Source: Ascidiella aspersa
Lineage: Eukaryota
Assembly: GCA_963924565.1 (NCBI GenBank)
Contig: OZ004609.1
Span: forward strand, 17,298,001-17,362,000
Direction: 5' to 3'
DNA length: 64,000 bases
The notes under the pieces were generated by a model. The model saw only the letters and a list, made by a program, of their open reading frames with translations. It searched no databases and was not told the origin of the DNA. Positions within the stretch are counted from its first letter, which is position 1. Every line of letters begins with the position of its first letter. The position numbers and the translations under genes were made by a program. This document shows positions 26,546-40,155 of the stretch, piece after piece.

Positions 26546-27559
26546 CGGTCTGCGAATGGGCTTGGTCGCTCAGACAAGAAACTAAAACCGGTCAAGTTGG
26601 GACTTTAATTATTTACTTTTGACGCCCTTTTGCTAATTATAGAAACACATATTTTAAGGTGAGATACTTTTTTAGTTTTTGTTTAAGTAACGTAATTATC
26701 AATCTACTAAATTTGTTAACAGAAGTTCTAGTTTCCGGCCTGGCGCGATGCTTAGCTGCAATTTACCAATAAATACAACTTGTGACAACGCGAGAAGGGC
26801 CACGGCCACGGGAACGGCAAGCTGCTATTCTGATCTGTTTGTCGAGCTTGCGTGACCACATCCTACGCTGACTCACGGCAACACGAGAACAAAAAAGCAC
26901 GCTACCTAAATCTCTACTGGTTTAGCAGACGTAGCAGACCTTTCTATATGTGTGACCTAGACTTGAGTTCGCGCCACAAACCTCCTTTTCATCTTAAAAG
27001 CTGCACACTTTTGATATTAAAAAAGGCTAGGTCAGCTGCTAGCAGTAAAAGTAGTATAACATTCTGTGATGAAGGTCAAATGTCGAGTTATCCATAGTTT
27101 TAGTATTCTGAAACTACTATGAAATAAATCCATGTGATTTTCGAAGCAAGACAATATGCTATTGAAAGTCGAAGAAAAAAGTATAACTTTTGCAAGTTTT
27201 ACAAAGTATTGTGCTACCAATTAGATAAGGTTTTCCTATGGTTTCCTGTAAAACAAAAATACAAATGTTAATAATTGAACTGAAACAAAGAATAATTTAA
27301 AAGTCAAACGCACATATTGAAAACATCCACCTAATCTGCCACCAAACTGCGGCAATTCCTGCTTTAAAACACGGCGGGAAAATTTGTTGCCTTTGGTCCT
27401 AGCTTACGTGAGAGAAAAGAATGGTCGAGCGCCTCGCTTTGGAGCGAGCAACCTTTCGTCTGCACAAATCAATTCTATGCCCTTCCGCGGCCGCCTCATT
27501 TCCTTTTTCGACACGCTCGCGCGTTCTTCAGAATGTTTGGCTGACCCTCCGACTCGCAA

Positions 27560-27960
27560 CTATGCGGGGCCCCGGGGAAACGCGGCGGCGCGGCGAATAT
27601 AGAGACGGGCGCGCTTCGCATAAAAGAGAGAGGCCCTAGGAAAAAGAAAGAAACGCGAGCGGCGACGGGAGAAGATAAGCAAACGGAAGAGGAGCGGAAG
27701 AAAAACGGATAAACAAGCGGGGAGGTAAGACTCCGGCCGAAGCAAATATCACGGAATAGCGCAAAGAAAGCGCATGTGCTTAACTACTTCCTCAAAATCG
27801 GCCAAGCATCTCTCGTAGCGCTCAGCTTAACCGCCTCCAAGTCCCTTCAGGCGTCCTCGCTCCGCCATTATTGTTATTAGCGGCGTGCGCGAGGCTCCCC
27901 CTAACCGCTTGCCCGCATCCGGTTTAACCAAAAGGCCCCGCCGCGAGTAGACCGCAAGAG
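27560..27960. promoter_or_regulatory. CpG-rich candidate enhancer with clustered ETS and GATA motifs
   Basis: Motifs present: ACGGAAG (27683), GCGGAAG (27694), ACGGAT (27705), ACGGAAT (27751), ACTTCCT (about 27786), CATCCGG (about 27916), and GATAA (27674 and 27708). Confidence 0.4.
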
Positions 27961-30900
27961 CAACAAGGCCACAGCGACCGAGAACTTATTACTTGTGTGT
28001 ACCTTAATTCTTATATCGGCAACTAAAAAGATAACCAGATTGACCTTAATCGACCGATTAGTTAAAAACTAACACTCAACTATCTTACAAACCTTAACCC
28101 AAGAACGTCGCTGTGGCAAAACAGCCACAAAAGGCGCAAATGAGTAACAAAGCTCGTCAAAGAAATCAAACTTGCAGAATGAACAGATATTCGCCATTTT
28201 AAAAATATTGTGATTTTATTGCACCACAATAAAAATGCAACTAATTAGTGATAACAGATCGAAAAATAGATGCCGAAAATATGCGTGACATTTTCATTGT
28301 ACTTATCGCCAATGGTGCTTCCGACCACGATAAGTGGCGAAAAAAATCCCCAAAGCAAAGCCACTAAAATTAAACGAATTTGTTTGGTGAGTGTCTTTTA
28401 AATAGTAAAAAAGTTGACTTTTAAACACGGTTAATCGGAGACGGTGATTGCCATAGCTTTTATTTTTCGTATTAACATGGTTTTTAAATTTGGAATAAAA
28501 TATCAATTTTATGGCAAATGTTTTTGATAACCAACGTAACCCAAAGATAGAAGGTATACAAAATCAGTTAGTATTCAGCAACTAAAATTGTAATGAATTT
28601 AGCTACAAAACGTTCTTAATTTCACAAAATTTGTTTAACAATAATTCACAATGTTTGGATTTGCGCTTAACCTGATATACCTGATATATTATTTCAGTCT
28701 AAGCTTTCTATATGTGAAATTCGTTAATTGTTTAAAACAACCACCCTTACTACAAAACCTTTTTCTCAAAATATCCTTAAGGTTTCTCTTAATGCTAAGC
28801 GACTATAGTCTTTTCTCTATGGTATGAACATATCCATCGCAGATATAAACCAATGACGTGTCGGCCAAGAGATTCATTTCGATCTTATGAAAAAAAAACA
28901 CGCTTGAAACAAGGATTAAATACATACACAATGAAAAAAAAATAAAGACAGCAATTTTCTCCTGGTGTGCTAGGGCTTTTAGGTAGACGAAAAATCGATC
29001 GTTTTATGGGAGAAAATTTGGCAAATGATTCGCCTCGTCAATATTTGCAAAAACTGTTCGGTTTATCAGCTACAATTCCAGGAAAATGTAAATACTCTTG
29101 GTAAAATTGTTTTGGGAGGACTTTATATTAAATCATGTTGGCTATGGAAGTGCATTTGCAGGCGAGTCCCAAGAGGAACAAGTCAAAGAGTGTGAAATGT
29201 TACAAGCCGCGATTGGCTATATTTGAAATAATCAAATTAAAAAACGACCGACCTTCCAACAACTGTTTACTGGAAAACAAGCACCCAAGCAAATCGATAT
29301 AAATATGCGAATGTTGTCTTTTTATAGGCACACCCGCGTAACATTTTTTTAAAATCCTTATGAAAAATGTAAATACCTGCTGGAGCTTTGTCAATGCGTA
29401 CAAAGGTTTGGTACAATAATTATGAAAATACAATTCCTCGTTGGGGTGAGGTTCGAGCCCATTGAAATCCAGTTACTAGTGGAGCGACACATATTATACA
29501 GAGGAACAACAATTATAGGCGTCAAGCCGTGAGCGGGGTATAGCATGGCTATAAATGCAAATTAAAATAACAGTTGGAATGTAACGGCATCATTCCACCT
29601 TTAAACATTCGTGACATGCGATCATGAGAAATAAACAACTCAATCGCCAAATAAGTTCATTTACTTTTGCATTATTTTATGTTTGGGAGTTTAAACAATT
29701 TTTTTGACTTTTTGGCTGTCATTATGGCGCAACGTACATAAGCACTTTACTCCACTGTCATTTCCTAGTGTATGGGTAATTACTGGCCAATTAGTGCACT
29801 AATGCGTAGAATTGTTTAGCAAAGAACCTCCTCCGACTCGATCCCAAGCATATAAACACAGGTAATAAGGCCTAGCGGCAATTAGTTGGGTGCGACAAAA
29901 AGGCAAGCGTACAGAATTTAATCAAACTAGCCATTTAAATACTTAGGTCTGTAATGAAAGGCAACGTTTTGGCTACTGAGGTGAATGACGTAAGGAAATG
30001 GGTAGACAGGATTTTTTCGCGAATTGCCTTAAACGTTACAAACACACTTATAACATGTCGGTATTTCTGACAAATTAGCCACCGTCGACGATCGCCATGA
30101 TGTGGCGTCAGCTTGTTCGGTATAAACGTCGCACATAAAACACTGTATAGCAGATTGCTGGAAGAGCCTGCGTCAGTAAATAAACAAAACTGATTGGGCG
30201 ATTCTTTTGTAAGATCAAAGGGTGATCTGGAACTAAGTACGCGATAACACGGACTGTTACGTATGGTACTGTGGTGTCCAATTAGCGCACCTTGTAGGAT
30301 ATATATCACCGGCCATGGCAGCTACCGACGTCCAGAAGTATCTTCGTCGAATTACAAGCAATCACAACTCGAATTTGTTGGAAGTCAATGAATCATGATA
30401 CATGAACATCATACGTCTGTATCTGTAAATCCTCCGCAAACAGGGAAAGTTGACTTATTAATCCTTGCACATTAGGCGAACGTATATTTAAAGCATCTCT
30501 TGCTTGCGCATATGTTAATTTTCCACAATGTTGTATCCAAGATGCTTATGCTTGCCATAAGTAATTACACTGGATTTAACCTAGATTGTCCAGTGTGATT
30601 TGCGGCCCTAATCAATCTAGCAACGTTAAGCCAAGTGCGAATTCCACTCAATCTAGTCTAATATCGACATTAACCCCGAGACCTCGGGCAGGTGCGTTAT
30701 TAACACTTATCACAACCAACCCTCACCATTAGAACTGACGGCGAAACAGGTGCTATGCCTTTACCGAAGTGCAATAAATGACGTGTGCTCTGACAGGATT
30801 TATCCCCAATTAGGATATACGTGGTCATCGACTAAGCGATTGTTGTGGCTTAGTCAACCCGGAAACGAATTTCGTGTGGCTTAATACGCTTGGAATTTTT

Positions 30901-33900
30901 AAAAGGCAGTTTTAGGTGCAAACAGGTTTGGGCTCGTTCTTTACCCGCGAACCATAGAGTAGTGACACAGATTCAAAGGGTAAATAAAATTGTCAGATTC
31001 ACACAAACACGCAGTGTAAAAACTAATCTAATCGTGCCTTTTACCTCGATAATCGCTCACACATAACGTGCACATACCGAGGAGCTTGGACAAACTAAAT
31101 AGTCTCGCCCTAATGAATGGCGAGAGGTTAGTGCCTTTTTAAACTTCCCCATCTTCCTGTCGGTGATTGGAGCCTATTGAGTAATTCCCGGTCGCACAAT
31201 CGAAGAGCGGATATTGCGAAATTTCGCTCGATTCACCGCCGAGCGCGTCCATAATGAAAGTGAAATCGTCCCTGGTGTGAAAGGAAAGGTCCCGCGAGGT
31301 CGTTAAGCTTTCCGCCAGTCAACGCAATTCTTAGCTATACGGCCTTGCCTCGTTTCTCCCTATTGGTAACTGTTTGTTGTCGAAGCAAAACAACATCCTC
31401 TAACACGTTCAACAACAAAACAAAAGCCGCACCATGTCTTATTTAAAAGTGGCAAACAATCCGTACGTACAAAGATGAATTTACTTTAACCAAAGAAAAA
31501 ATATTAATAACACAGTAAAATAATCACTTTATCGGCAAATTATGTATGATAAATGTTAAATTACTTTTTAACTGTTAATGAAGAAAAAATCACTGCGTGT
31601 CATCGTCGAAAATGTAAATAACTTTCCGCCAAAAACGTTCCATCAAGTTTACATTTTGTAGCGTTAAATACGAACATTTTAGGCAAACTGTTAAGTGTTT
31701 AAACGTCAGTTTCATCGATTATCCCAATTAAAGTAAACGTTTTAAAAGCACTCTTAAAGGCCAATGCATAAATCCTTTGATATCATATATTGGCCCACTT
31801 TAAGTTATGTCAGCAACTGTGTTAGCGCACTATGAAGTAAATACGTGCCAGCAATTGTCAACAGCAAAATGCCACAATTGTCAACGGACGGTAAAGATCA
31901 TCCGGCCAGCGGACGTTAGAGCGTAGTGTATACGTGGCTCCCATCATTTTAAAGCAACAGGGCAGTCCACAAAGTGGCATTCACGTCTGCCAATATGGTA
32001 AATGTAGATGTATATGACGTAACCACCGGCGGATTAACTAGAAACCTACAAGAGAATACTGAGAGTGGCGGTCTTACGATATGGGGAGGGGAATAAGTCC
32101 ACTAAGCTGATTGTCCTACACGAGATGTGAGGATGACCGGCTTTGTAGACGCACCCGCGGGAGCTTGTTTGTTTATCCGCCCCGAAAAGCATGTCCGACA
32201 ACCGTTTCACAAATACGACATGCATGTTACGAAAGACATGATGATCACTGGTGTTCAGCGCGTTTCCACGGTTGCCTACATGATTTGAATGGCAAAACGC
32301 ATCGACACGTACACATAGCACTCGACTATACCGCCACAGATTATTTAATTGCATTTCTCTACCAGCAAGACGACGTGACACGCAGCAAATTTACAGTACA
32401 GTTCCCCTAGCGAAATTAGGTTTATTGTTATCCATCTTTAGTTAAAAAAAAAGTTTATTCTACCTGTCCTACACGTATCAAATGTCCAGCCTACAATTCC
32501 AAAAGAATCTGACGCATGTAAACAAGTTACAAGCAGCCACAATGTGTATTGACCACCTTGCGTCACAATAACGTGTTGCGGAATGGAACATTTGACTAAA
32601 TAGTTTAGTGCTATTATTTCCTCAATATTGCTTTTTGGCACATTTGTAGTTATCTGAAGAAAACATTTAAGAGTTTTGGGCTACTAACTTCTAATAGTTT
32701 CTCGGTTTTCGGACTAAATTTGCTCCTTTATATGGGTTAGAGCCCTGCTTAACCAGAAAAATATGGTAGAGTTAATAGAGACTCAAGTGGTACGCAAGAA
32801 TCGGAACCGCATGCAACTCTTGTACAAAATTGTTTTTTTTTACAACTTTCAAAAAAATTAAGTCTCGGTGAATACCAATACCATGTTTTTTGTCTAATAA
32901 AAATACATATATTATGGAAAGTATAATTCAACAGTTTTTTTTCCTAACTTCCCTATTCAACAGTTTTCCCAACATTTAAATAAACGAAATAAAGCTATAA
33001 AGGATACCTTCGAAGACTATTATTGCACATTTTTATATATGACATCAGGCTGGGGACTCTTTTTTTCGCTTCAGGGGACGTGATTTTATCCAGCCTTACA
33101 ACTGTGGAGTCAACGCCCTCGCAACATGTTTTTCAAAATCAGATTAATATCTAAAGCTACATGACAATTACGAAAGGGGACGCTGTAAAAAAAGCTTAGA
33201 ACCACTGCACAAGACGTTCTTAATAAATTTTGAAAAACGAACGAAGTTTTGCGGAAACATAGAGTAGGTTTAGGTTTACCGACGGAACTGCATGGAGCCC
33301 TTGAGTGGATCCGTTCCGGACTCCGTTATCAGCCAAGTGGCAATATATACAGTGCAGCGACACTCGACACAACCCGGTGGTCGGAAGGGCTGGGTAGAAC
33401 ATTAACCCAGCCATACAAGGCTGGCTCGCGTCCATCGGCTACGACTTGCCAGCATCGACCGGATGAGGGATATTGACTGATATGAAAACTGTTTGCCCAG
33501 GGCTTGCTCGTTTATCGCGCAAATAATACGACGATGGCCGAATGTCAACATTGCCAGTGCTATGGTTGGTTCAGTTCCACAGCGGCTTGATGGCTTTGCG
33601 CACCTAGTTAGCGCTGTATCAGGTGAAGGAAAGGACTAGACGGCGCACCGTGGCATACAAAGCAGCTCGCTGAATGTCTTGTCAGTACACACGTCAGTAT
33701 GTCCTTATAGCAAGAGTAAAACGTTTGTTGATAATTATTTTGGTCGGACCAAGTAAAAATCTTTTGAATAATTCATACATTGCAGTTATAGTTTCACTGA
33801 ACAAGATGTTTCTTTTTTACAAAAGGTCCTACTCTATTATACTGAGGAAACGAGCAGAAACACGCAAACAATTGTATAACAAATTGGCATTTGCATAAGC

Positions 33901-36900
33901 CCGTTGGCAAACTCACCGAACGATCCGTTAAATTGGAATGTACTATTGTTGCTTTATCACCTTAAAAAGCACGCTTATTTTAAAATTGATCGCATACGAA
34001 AACAACACAGCGTGGGGCGCCAATATCGATCGCACCGGAAGCACTACAATATGTCGGTGTTTGCCATTCTCGCGATGCCTTCCGGGCCTCCCGCCACCAA
34101 AATAGTGGCTAGCGCGTGGAATTTATTGATCTTCCACCGCACAGGATGTTGCTCGCCCGGTCGACACAATAGGTTAAAATATAATCAGAACGTAACGGGC
34201 CATGGGCCATAGGAATTATGGATACGCACATTGGCACCGTGTAATTGGACGAGGAAATTAAGCATCACAAAACTTCAAATACACTTAATTTTTTAATTGA
34301 ATTATGAGACAATTTGAGCTTTAATTTTGTTGTTACTGAAAGTCTGTATCATATAAGGCAATTCAAATTTCAAATTCTTGCTACCTTAGTACCTGTTACG
34401 GCGAGCAAAATGTGCTTGTTGCTAAATAGGAATTTTATTAGGTATTAATCCTACTAGTTTTGACCGGGATTTTCGCAGTCGCTGCAAGCAGTGATGCGAT
34501 CTGACGACGTGGGTGGTAAGAAACAATCTCGGTCAATATTATTCCGTGGCCGCGATGAACCAACCAGGCAATGAGTGTAGGCTGTACAAAATTTGTCACT
34601 TCTCAGTTTTTCTTTTGGCCACAATGTAAAATATAGTAGTTAGGAGTGAATTCATCTCGTATATATATTTTCAGATTATTACTCCAAATATAAATAAGTG
34701 AGACTTGTTATACATTTCAAGATATCCACAATAAGATATTCGTATTATGTCCCTTCGAATGGTGAACATTTGGATATTTATCATGTTACGATTACTTTAT
34801 TAACAAAAAACGTTTTAAAGCTCCATATGCTTTACGTCAAACATATATTACCTAGAAGGATTTACTATCTGGCCAAAAGGGCGCGAAGGCCCTTCGTCCG
34901 TGGGGGAAACAAGCAAACTGTATCTTTGGCCAACTCCTTTACATTTTGCAATTTTTTATGCAATTTTTCAGCCTGAACGCGCTGTCACATTATGCATCGC
35001 AATTGCGCAGTATGTATTAACATTAAATACGATTATATCGAGTATTACGCAAGTGTTCAATATATGACCAATGCGTTAACCAAATAAATATTTTTTTCGC
35101 GCACGGCGTGATTGGATTTAGCTTAAAGTGCATATTTGAGCACGAGTTAATTTGAGAACAGCATTTTTTCAAGATAAGTAGTTTTATGACACGTTATGAC
35201 TCAACATTGTGATATCATTTCTCAAAAATTTTATGCAACCCCGAAAGGCCTGGTTTTCTACATATTGCATTTATTTTCACCTAATATGTTATTTTTGTTT
35301 TGCATAAATATTCTTTTGCAATTCCCGGGGCGCACTTGTAAACTTTTGAAAATCTGGCGGCGCACCTGACGAGCAAAAACTTTGTTTGAGTATCTTGTTA
35401 TATCTCTTCGAGTGCTAAAGTTTGTTATTACATAGGCCTCCTAATTTTAATATCTAGAAAGTAGGGTATGCTCTATGAGACAAACCTAAAGCAAAAGAAA
35501 CGATTAAAATATGCCTGCAATATTGTAAATCGTGAAAACACAGTATATTAGTTAGAGCTGGATGGAAAACACAATAAGACCCGCAAGGAAACATCTAAAT
35601 CAGAATAATCTATTTTACCATAGCAGTAAGACCAACGACCTAACAAAGCCAAATACGCAGTAATAACCACGACAGAATAAAATTAAATCGTCTTAATAAG
35701 ACCTAAATCTGTCGGAATACGCCTAAATGGACAAAATAACGCCCAAAGCACCCTGCAATTAGTGTGCAAATCCACATTTGTCATCTGCGAAAAGTGTTCA
35801 TTCGCACCCACAAATAAACAAAACGCTAAAATCACGAAATACTAGCTCGCGTTAGCGTACGTCAAGCCTAAAAAGTTGATAAGAAATGTGTGTTTGAAAA
35901 CAAAATTAAACGCCGTATAATACAGTGCTTCGTCTGGAGTCGAAATTCCTAATGTTAAAATACGCTGAGACGTTTGTCGTTTGGTCACTTAAATCGATTA
36001 ATAAAAAAAAATATTCGATTAAAATTGACTCCAATTTTTTTTAGCCTTATAGCCCCAAAAATTTCGCACTCGCTTTGCTCGCCTTATCTGCACGTATGCC
36101 ATGACGGAAAATAACTTCAAAATCACTGATAGTCAACGACATTCTACAAGATTGAATTTAAATTGCCTATTGTGACTGAATAATCCTGGATCGGAGAAAG
36201 GTTTTTTTAGGGACAGACAGCGCGTAGTCCACTTTATTATAAGCAGAGTACACTATAAATTCAACCCTTAAAACACGCATTCGCTTTAAGAACAACTTAT
36301 TCCGACGATATTACAAGAGATATAAATCATTAATTTAAAGATAATGCCCGGAATCGCAAAATAGTTTTTCCGAGAGATGTTACGTTTTGTCTGTGATGAC
36401 TGGTTAGTAAGCATTTTGTACTGGCTCAAAAAAGCCCTAGGATTTTGAAAGTTCGGCGCCCAGGGGTTAGGGGACACCTTTTTGGCATCGGCCGTTTTAG
36501 TGTCGACGTTTTGGGGTTATATAGGCATTAGTCCTATTTCGATATATTCCGAACTGTGCTGGATTGTTGTCGTGAAAAAACAAATCTCATAACAAATCAC
36601 AAATGCAGACGATACTGGACAAATATGTTCGTTCACGAGATAGCCTGGTGGTTCAAAACGCCAAAAAATTGAAACCCCTTTCAGTTATTCTTAACTTTTC
36701 CGCAGTCCTAATATTTTTAGCCTAGTCACGCAATTCAGGTGAAATGGTTACATATATAAGCAATTTACATACCGTGGCCATTTAAATGAAATTCATTAAA
36801 AATTAACTAGCAACTTTTAAAAAGGTATAAATTTCTGAAATCTAATTTTGTTAGTTAAGAAACTACATGTGGGCGGGCATCCTGACCTCCTAAAAATTAT

Positions 36901-39406
36901 TTATTGGCTTGTTAAATATTAAAACTTCCGACGTGCGTCTACTGAGATCTGACCTTGAAGGAAGAAAAGCGGCTTGTCGGTTTACAGGGCGCGACGAAAT
37001 AAGTTTTATCGCTTGCCTTCGCGATGAACGCATATTAATTTGCGATCACACAACGGGATAAAAAGCATATTCATTAAGGTTAGTGTGCGAAACGACTGCG
37101 TCCTGTGTACACTTTGCGAGAAAGCTACGAACTTTGTGTCTTCTTTCGCTGCCAAGAATTCCCAAGTGTCGTTATACCGGTCGTCGACGGGCCCTAATAA
37201 AATTAGATCAACAGACAAGCACGTCATAAAACGATTGGGTCCCTGGTCAAACAAAGTGCACAGAAGATTCATGACCAAGCAACTTACGTTTGCTTGTTCG
37301 GCAAAGCGAACAGGTGCTGCTCACAACCGCGCCTTCTCGTAACTTTGAAAGATTGAAAAATTGCTCAGGAATAACGCGATAAAGCCGCCAATATCACGGT
37401 CGTCAGCAAAAGTATGCGAAAATTCGCCGGCGGGTTAAAATCCGTGAGCCTCTGCAAAACAGGCGGGGAAAACTTCTCACAAGAGGCGCGTTTTACGACT
37501 CGGCTGAGGAAACAAAGCGCCAACGTTCCGCTGTCACGCGATTCTGTTTGTGAATGCGGAAAAAACAATAACGCCTCGGCCGACGCGGACACGAGCGGCT
37601 TGACGTGGATTCGGCGACAAGTGGCTCCCCACGACGCTGTTCCAGATCTACAGATTCGAAAAGATGCTTTTCAGAAATAATTAAACTTGTGCTATAATAA
37701 AATATGCGATTCCACCTAATTGGTTTGCAGAAAAAGCGACCGATTGTGAGAAGTTGACAAATGCCACACAGCCAATACCGTAGAATTGCATCAAAAACGG
37801 ACCAACAGTAAACAGGCAATGGCCGTTGTTTTACGGCCGACAAAGTAGCAGACAGAAGACTCAAGTGAAAGCAAACACCATTTTACTATACACGGCGTGG
37901 TTGAATTGTAAACAAGTGAACGCAAGCGAACACCGCGCGCCAAACTGCGGCGTTTGTTCGGCCCACAAAGCTATATACTTAAACGAGCGACGGCGAGCCT
38001 TTTCACCGGCTTAACGCCACACAAGGTTACACTGCAGGTTGGTTTACTTCCGGATAAAGTGGCCAGGCGAGGACAAAGGCGACAACGAACAATCGGCACG
38101 ACTCGTTACTAAACTGTGACGAGGGTCGCGCGGCCGAGGCAAGTAGATCGCCACTGAAAGGAATAATGCTGGCTCAAGACGTTGCGTGATGGCTCTTAAG
38201 CGGAGGCTTTCCAAACAAACATCACCAGGCACTGTAACACGCGGACCAGTCATGCAAACACGGTGGTACGTAAGTGTTGATTCCGCTGTTTAGCCATCGT
38301 TTGTGATAGGCAGCTGTCTCGCTTACAAGTTAATTGCGAAACAAGGACCGCTTCTGGGTGCAATCAAACTTCGATCTGCAAAGAGGCAATCTTAAGCACT
38401 TTTGTCGGCGAGGGGAGCGATAAACGTGACTGGTGACTGCACTACTCCACTCATTAAAATCCCGTCTAAGCGCCATGTGTTAAAATTATCAACGATAAAA
38501 ACGGCAAAAGGCTCTTTACGGATGCAAATCATGGCCGGGCGCATACTTTCCTGGTGTAAATTTGGCCCGCGGCATATTTTCTAAATGAAGATGACGTTCA
38601 GTTGGAATGTTGTCGAATGCAATTGAAAACAAAAAAAAGGATCACTACAGCTTTTGCTGCATAGATATTTATTTTCCTTGATTTAACGTTAATTAAATTA
38701 ATAAAGTTTAAAACGAAATTTTATATCCGGTCCGCGATCGTAAACCCAACAGTTATTTGACCCGTGGTGACCAGGCCTTACAGTTATCCGGCCTTTTGTG
38801 AAAAAAAAATTGTGATCCCTGTATATAAGACCAAAACAAAGCGTATCGACATCTTAAAATATCATCAGCGTATTTGTCGTTCGCTCATAGAATGTATATT
38901 TTAAACTTGGCACCGGTTTGGTCTATCGTGAACGGCTTTCCTTATATAGGCGACAAGGAAGGGCTGTATGCATGGGAACGGCGCCACTACACTCCAAATG
39001 CCGCTATCGCGGTAGGCATCTATCGCAACCGCCGCTGCGTCAATCGTTGTGCCACTACAACAGTCGGTTGCTTGAAGGTCGAAGTGGCGAAGAAGCACAA
39101 GCACCGTCAGATAACACCGCCATGTTCTAAATGCCTTTGCTTCCGATTCCTATTGGCTATAGTTCCCAGGGGATACGCAATTGCCAGAGCCAAATTAACT
39201 TTGTTGGGGAAGAGGTAAGCCGAAATCTTGAAGACGAAACGATGTAAATGAATAAAAGACACTCAAATTAAACTAAAAGCATACAAACAATTATTTGCAC
39301 GTTTTCCATTGCGGATATATTTGTGCTGTTGGTATCAAGTAGAAGCTGGTTCGGGATAACCGTCGTGGTTGTTGTCGGGTCTAAGATATCCGTAGGACCC
39401 CCTAAT

Positions 39407-40155
39407 TAGGGTTCCGCTCCGGGAATGTTTCGACGGGAAATTCCCGGGATTTCCCGCGAATTAACAATCCCGAATCACGGGAAATTTTTTTTATACTCCT
39501 GGGTATTCGGCAACCTAGCAAAACTTAAAAAAAGATTGTAGTTTTTGAGTAACATAAAGAAAAAAGTAGTACCAACCATGTTAAAGTCGTTGCTTGAGTT
39601 TCTTTATTCGCGCTTAAGAGCGGAAAAACTTAATTAAATTTATTCTACCAATAAAAATGCATGCGCTTTTTGTTTAAATAAAAACAAATAAGGGTCCTGA
39701 CTTTAATACGAGAAGGTCTTGTACGATTGCAGAAGCAATACTACAGAACATAAATGGGCGCTTTTTCAGTTATGAACGCATAGATTAATTTAAAATAAAA
39801 CGGTCTTCAAATACCGCATACCACAATGCATATTATTTGGGTTAGGGTGCGGGTTAGCGTTTGGGTGAGGGTTGGTCAAGCGTTATTATTAATAATAAAC
39901 ATAATAATACTTGACCAACCCTTACCCATGCGGTATTTTTTGTTTTATTTTTTGCATAACTTTCCACGTACTTAAGTGAAAGAACGCCCATAAATGAGCT
40001 TAATTAAAAGTTTAGCTAAAATAAATAATTTTAAACGTCATAATGACGTAATTTTATGTATAATTTTTTCGTCGGGATCCCGGGATTCCCGGGAAGTTTC
40101 ATTTTTCAATCCCGTTTCCCGGGAGTGAAAAAATCCGGGAAAAAGAGGAACCCTA
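39407..40155. mobile_element. Non-autonomous hAT (Ac-like, TAGGG termini) element, 749 bp including a nested insertion
   Basis: TIRs TAGGGTTCCGCT and AGAGGAACCCTA match at 11/12. A perfect 8-bp TSD, CCCCTAAT, lies at 39399-39406 and 40156-40163. CCCGGGA subterminal repeats are present at both ends. Confidence 0.92.
39756..39989. mobile_element. Nested palindromic MITE, 234 bp, with an apparent 6-bp TSD
   Basis: The TIRs GGGCGCTTTTTCAGTTA and TAAGTGAAAGAACGCCC match at 14/17. ATAAAT flanks both sides (39750-39755 and 39990-39995). Internal inverted pairs are AAATACCGCAT/ATGCGGTATTT and GGGTGAGGGTTGGTCAAG/CTTGACCAACCCTTACCC, and there is a GGGTTAGGG-like tract. Confidence 0.75.

Noticed and set aside
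29440-29570. GGTTCGAGCCC B-box-like motif suggesting a tRNA or SINE (a weaker hint at about 30740-30810)
   Set aside because: There is no cloverleaf, A box or TSD. It is too degenerate to call, though it could be a SINE relic.
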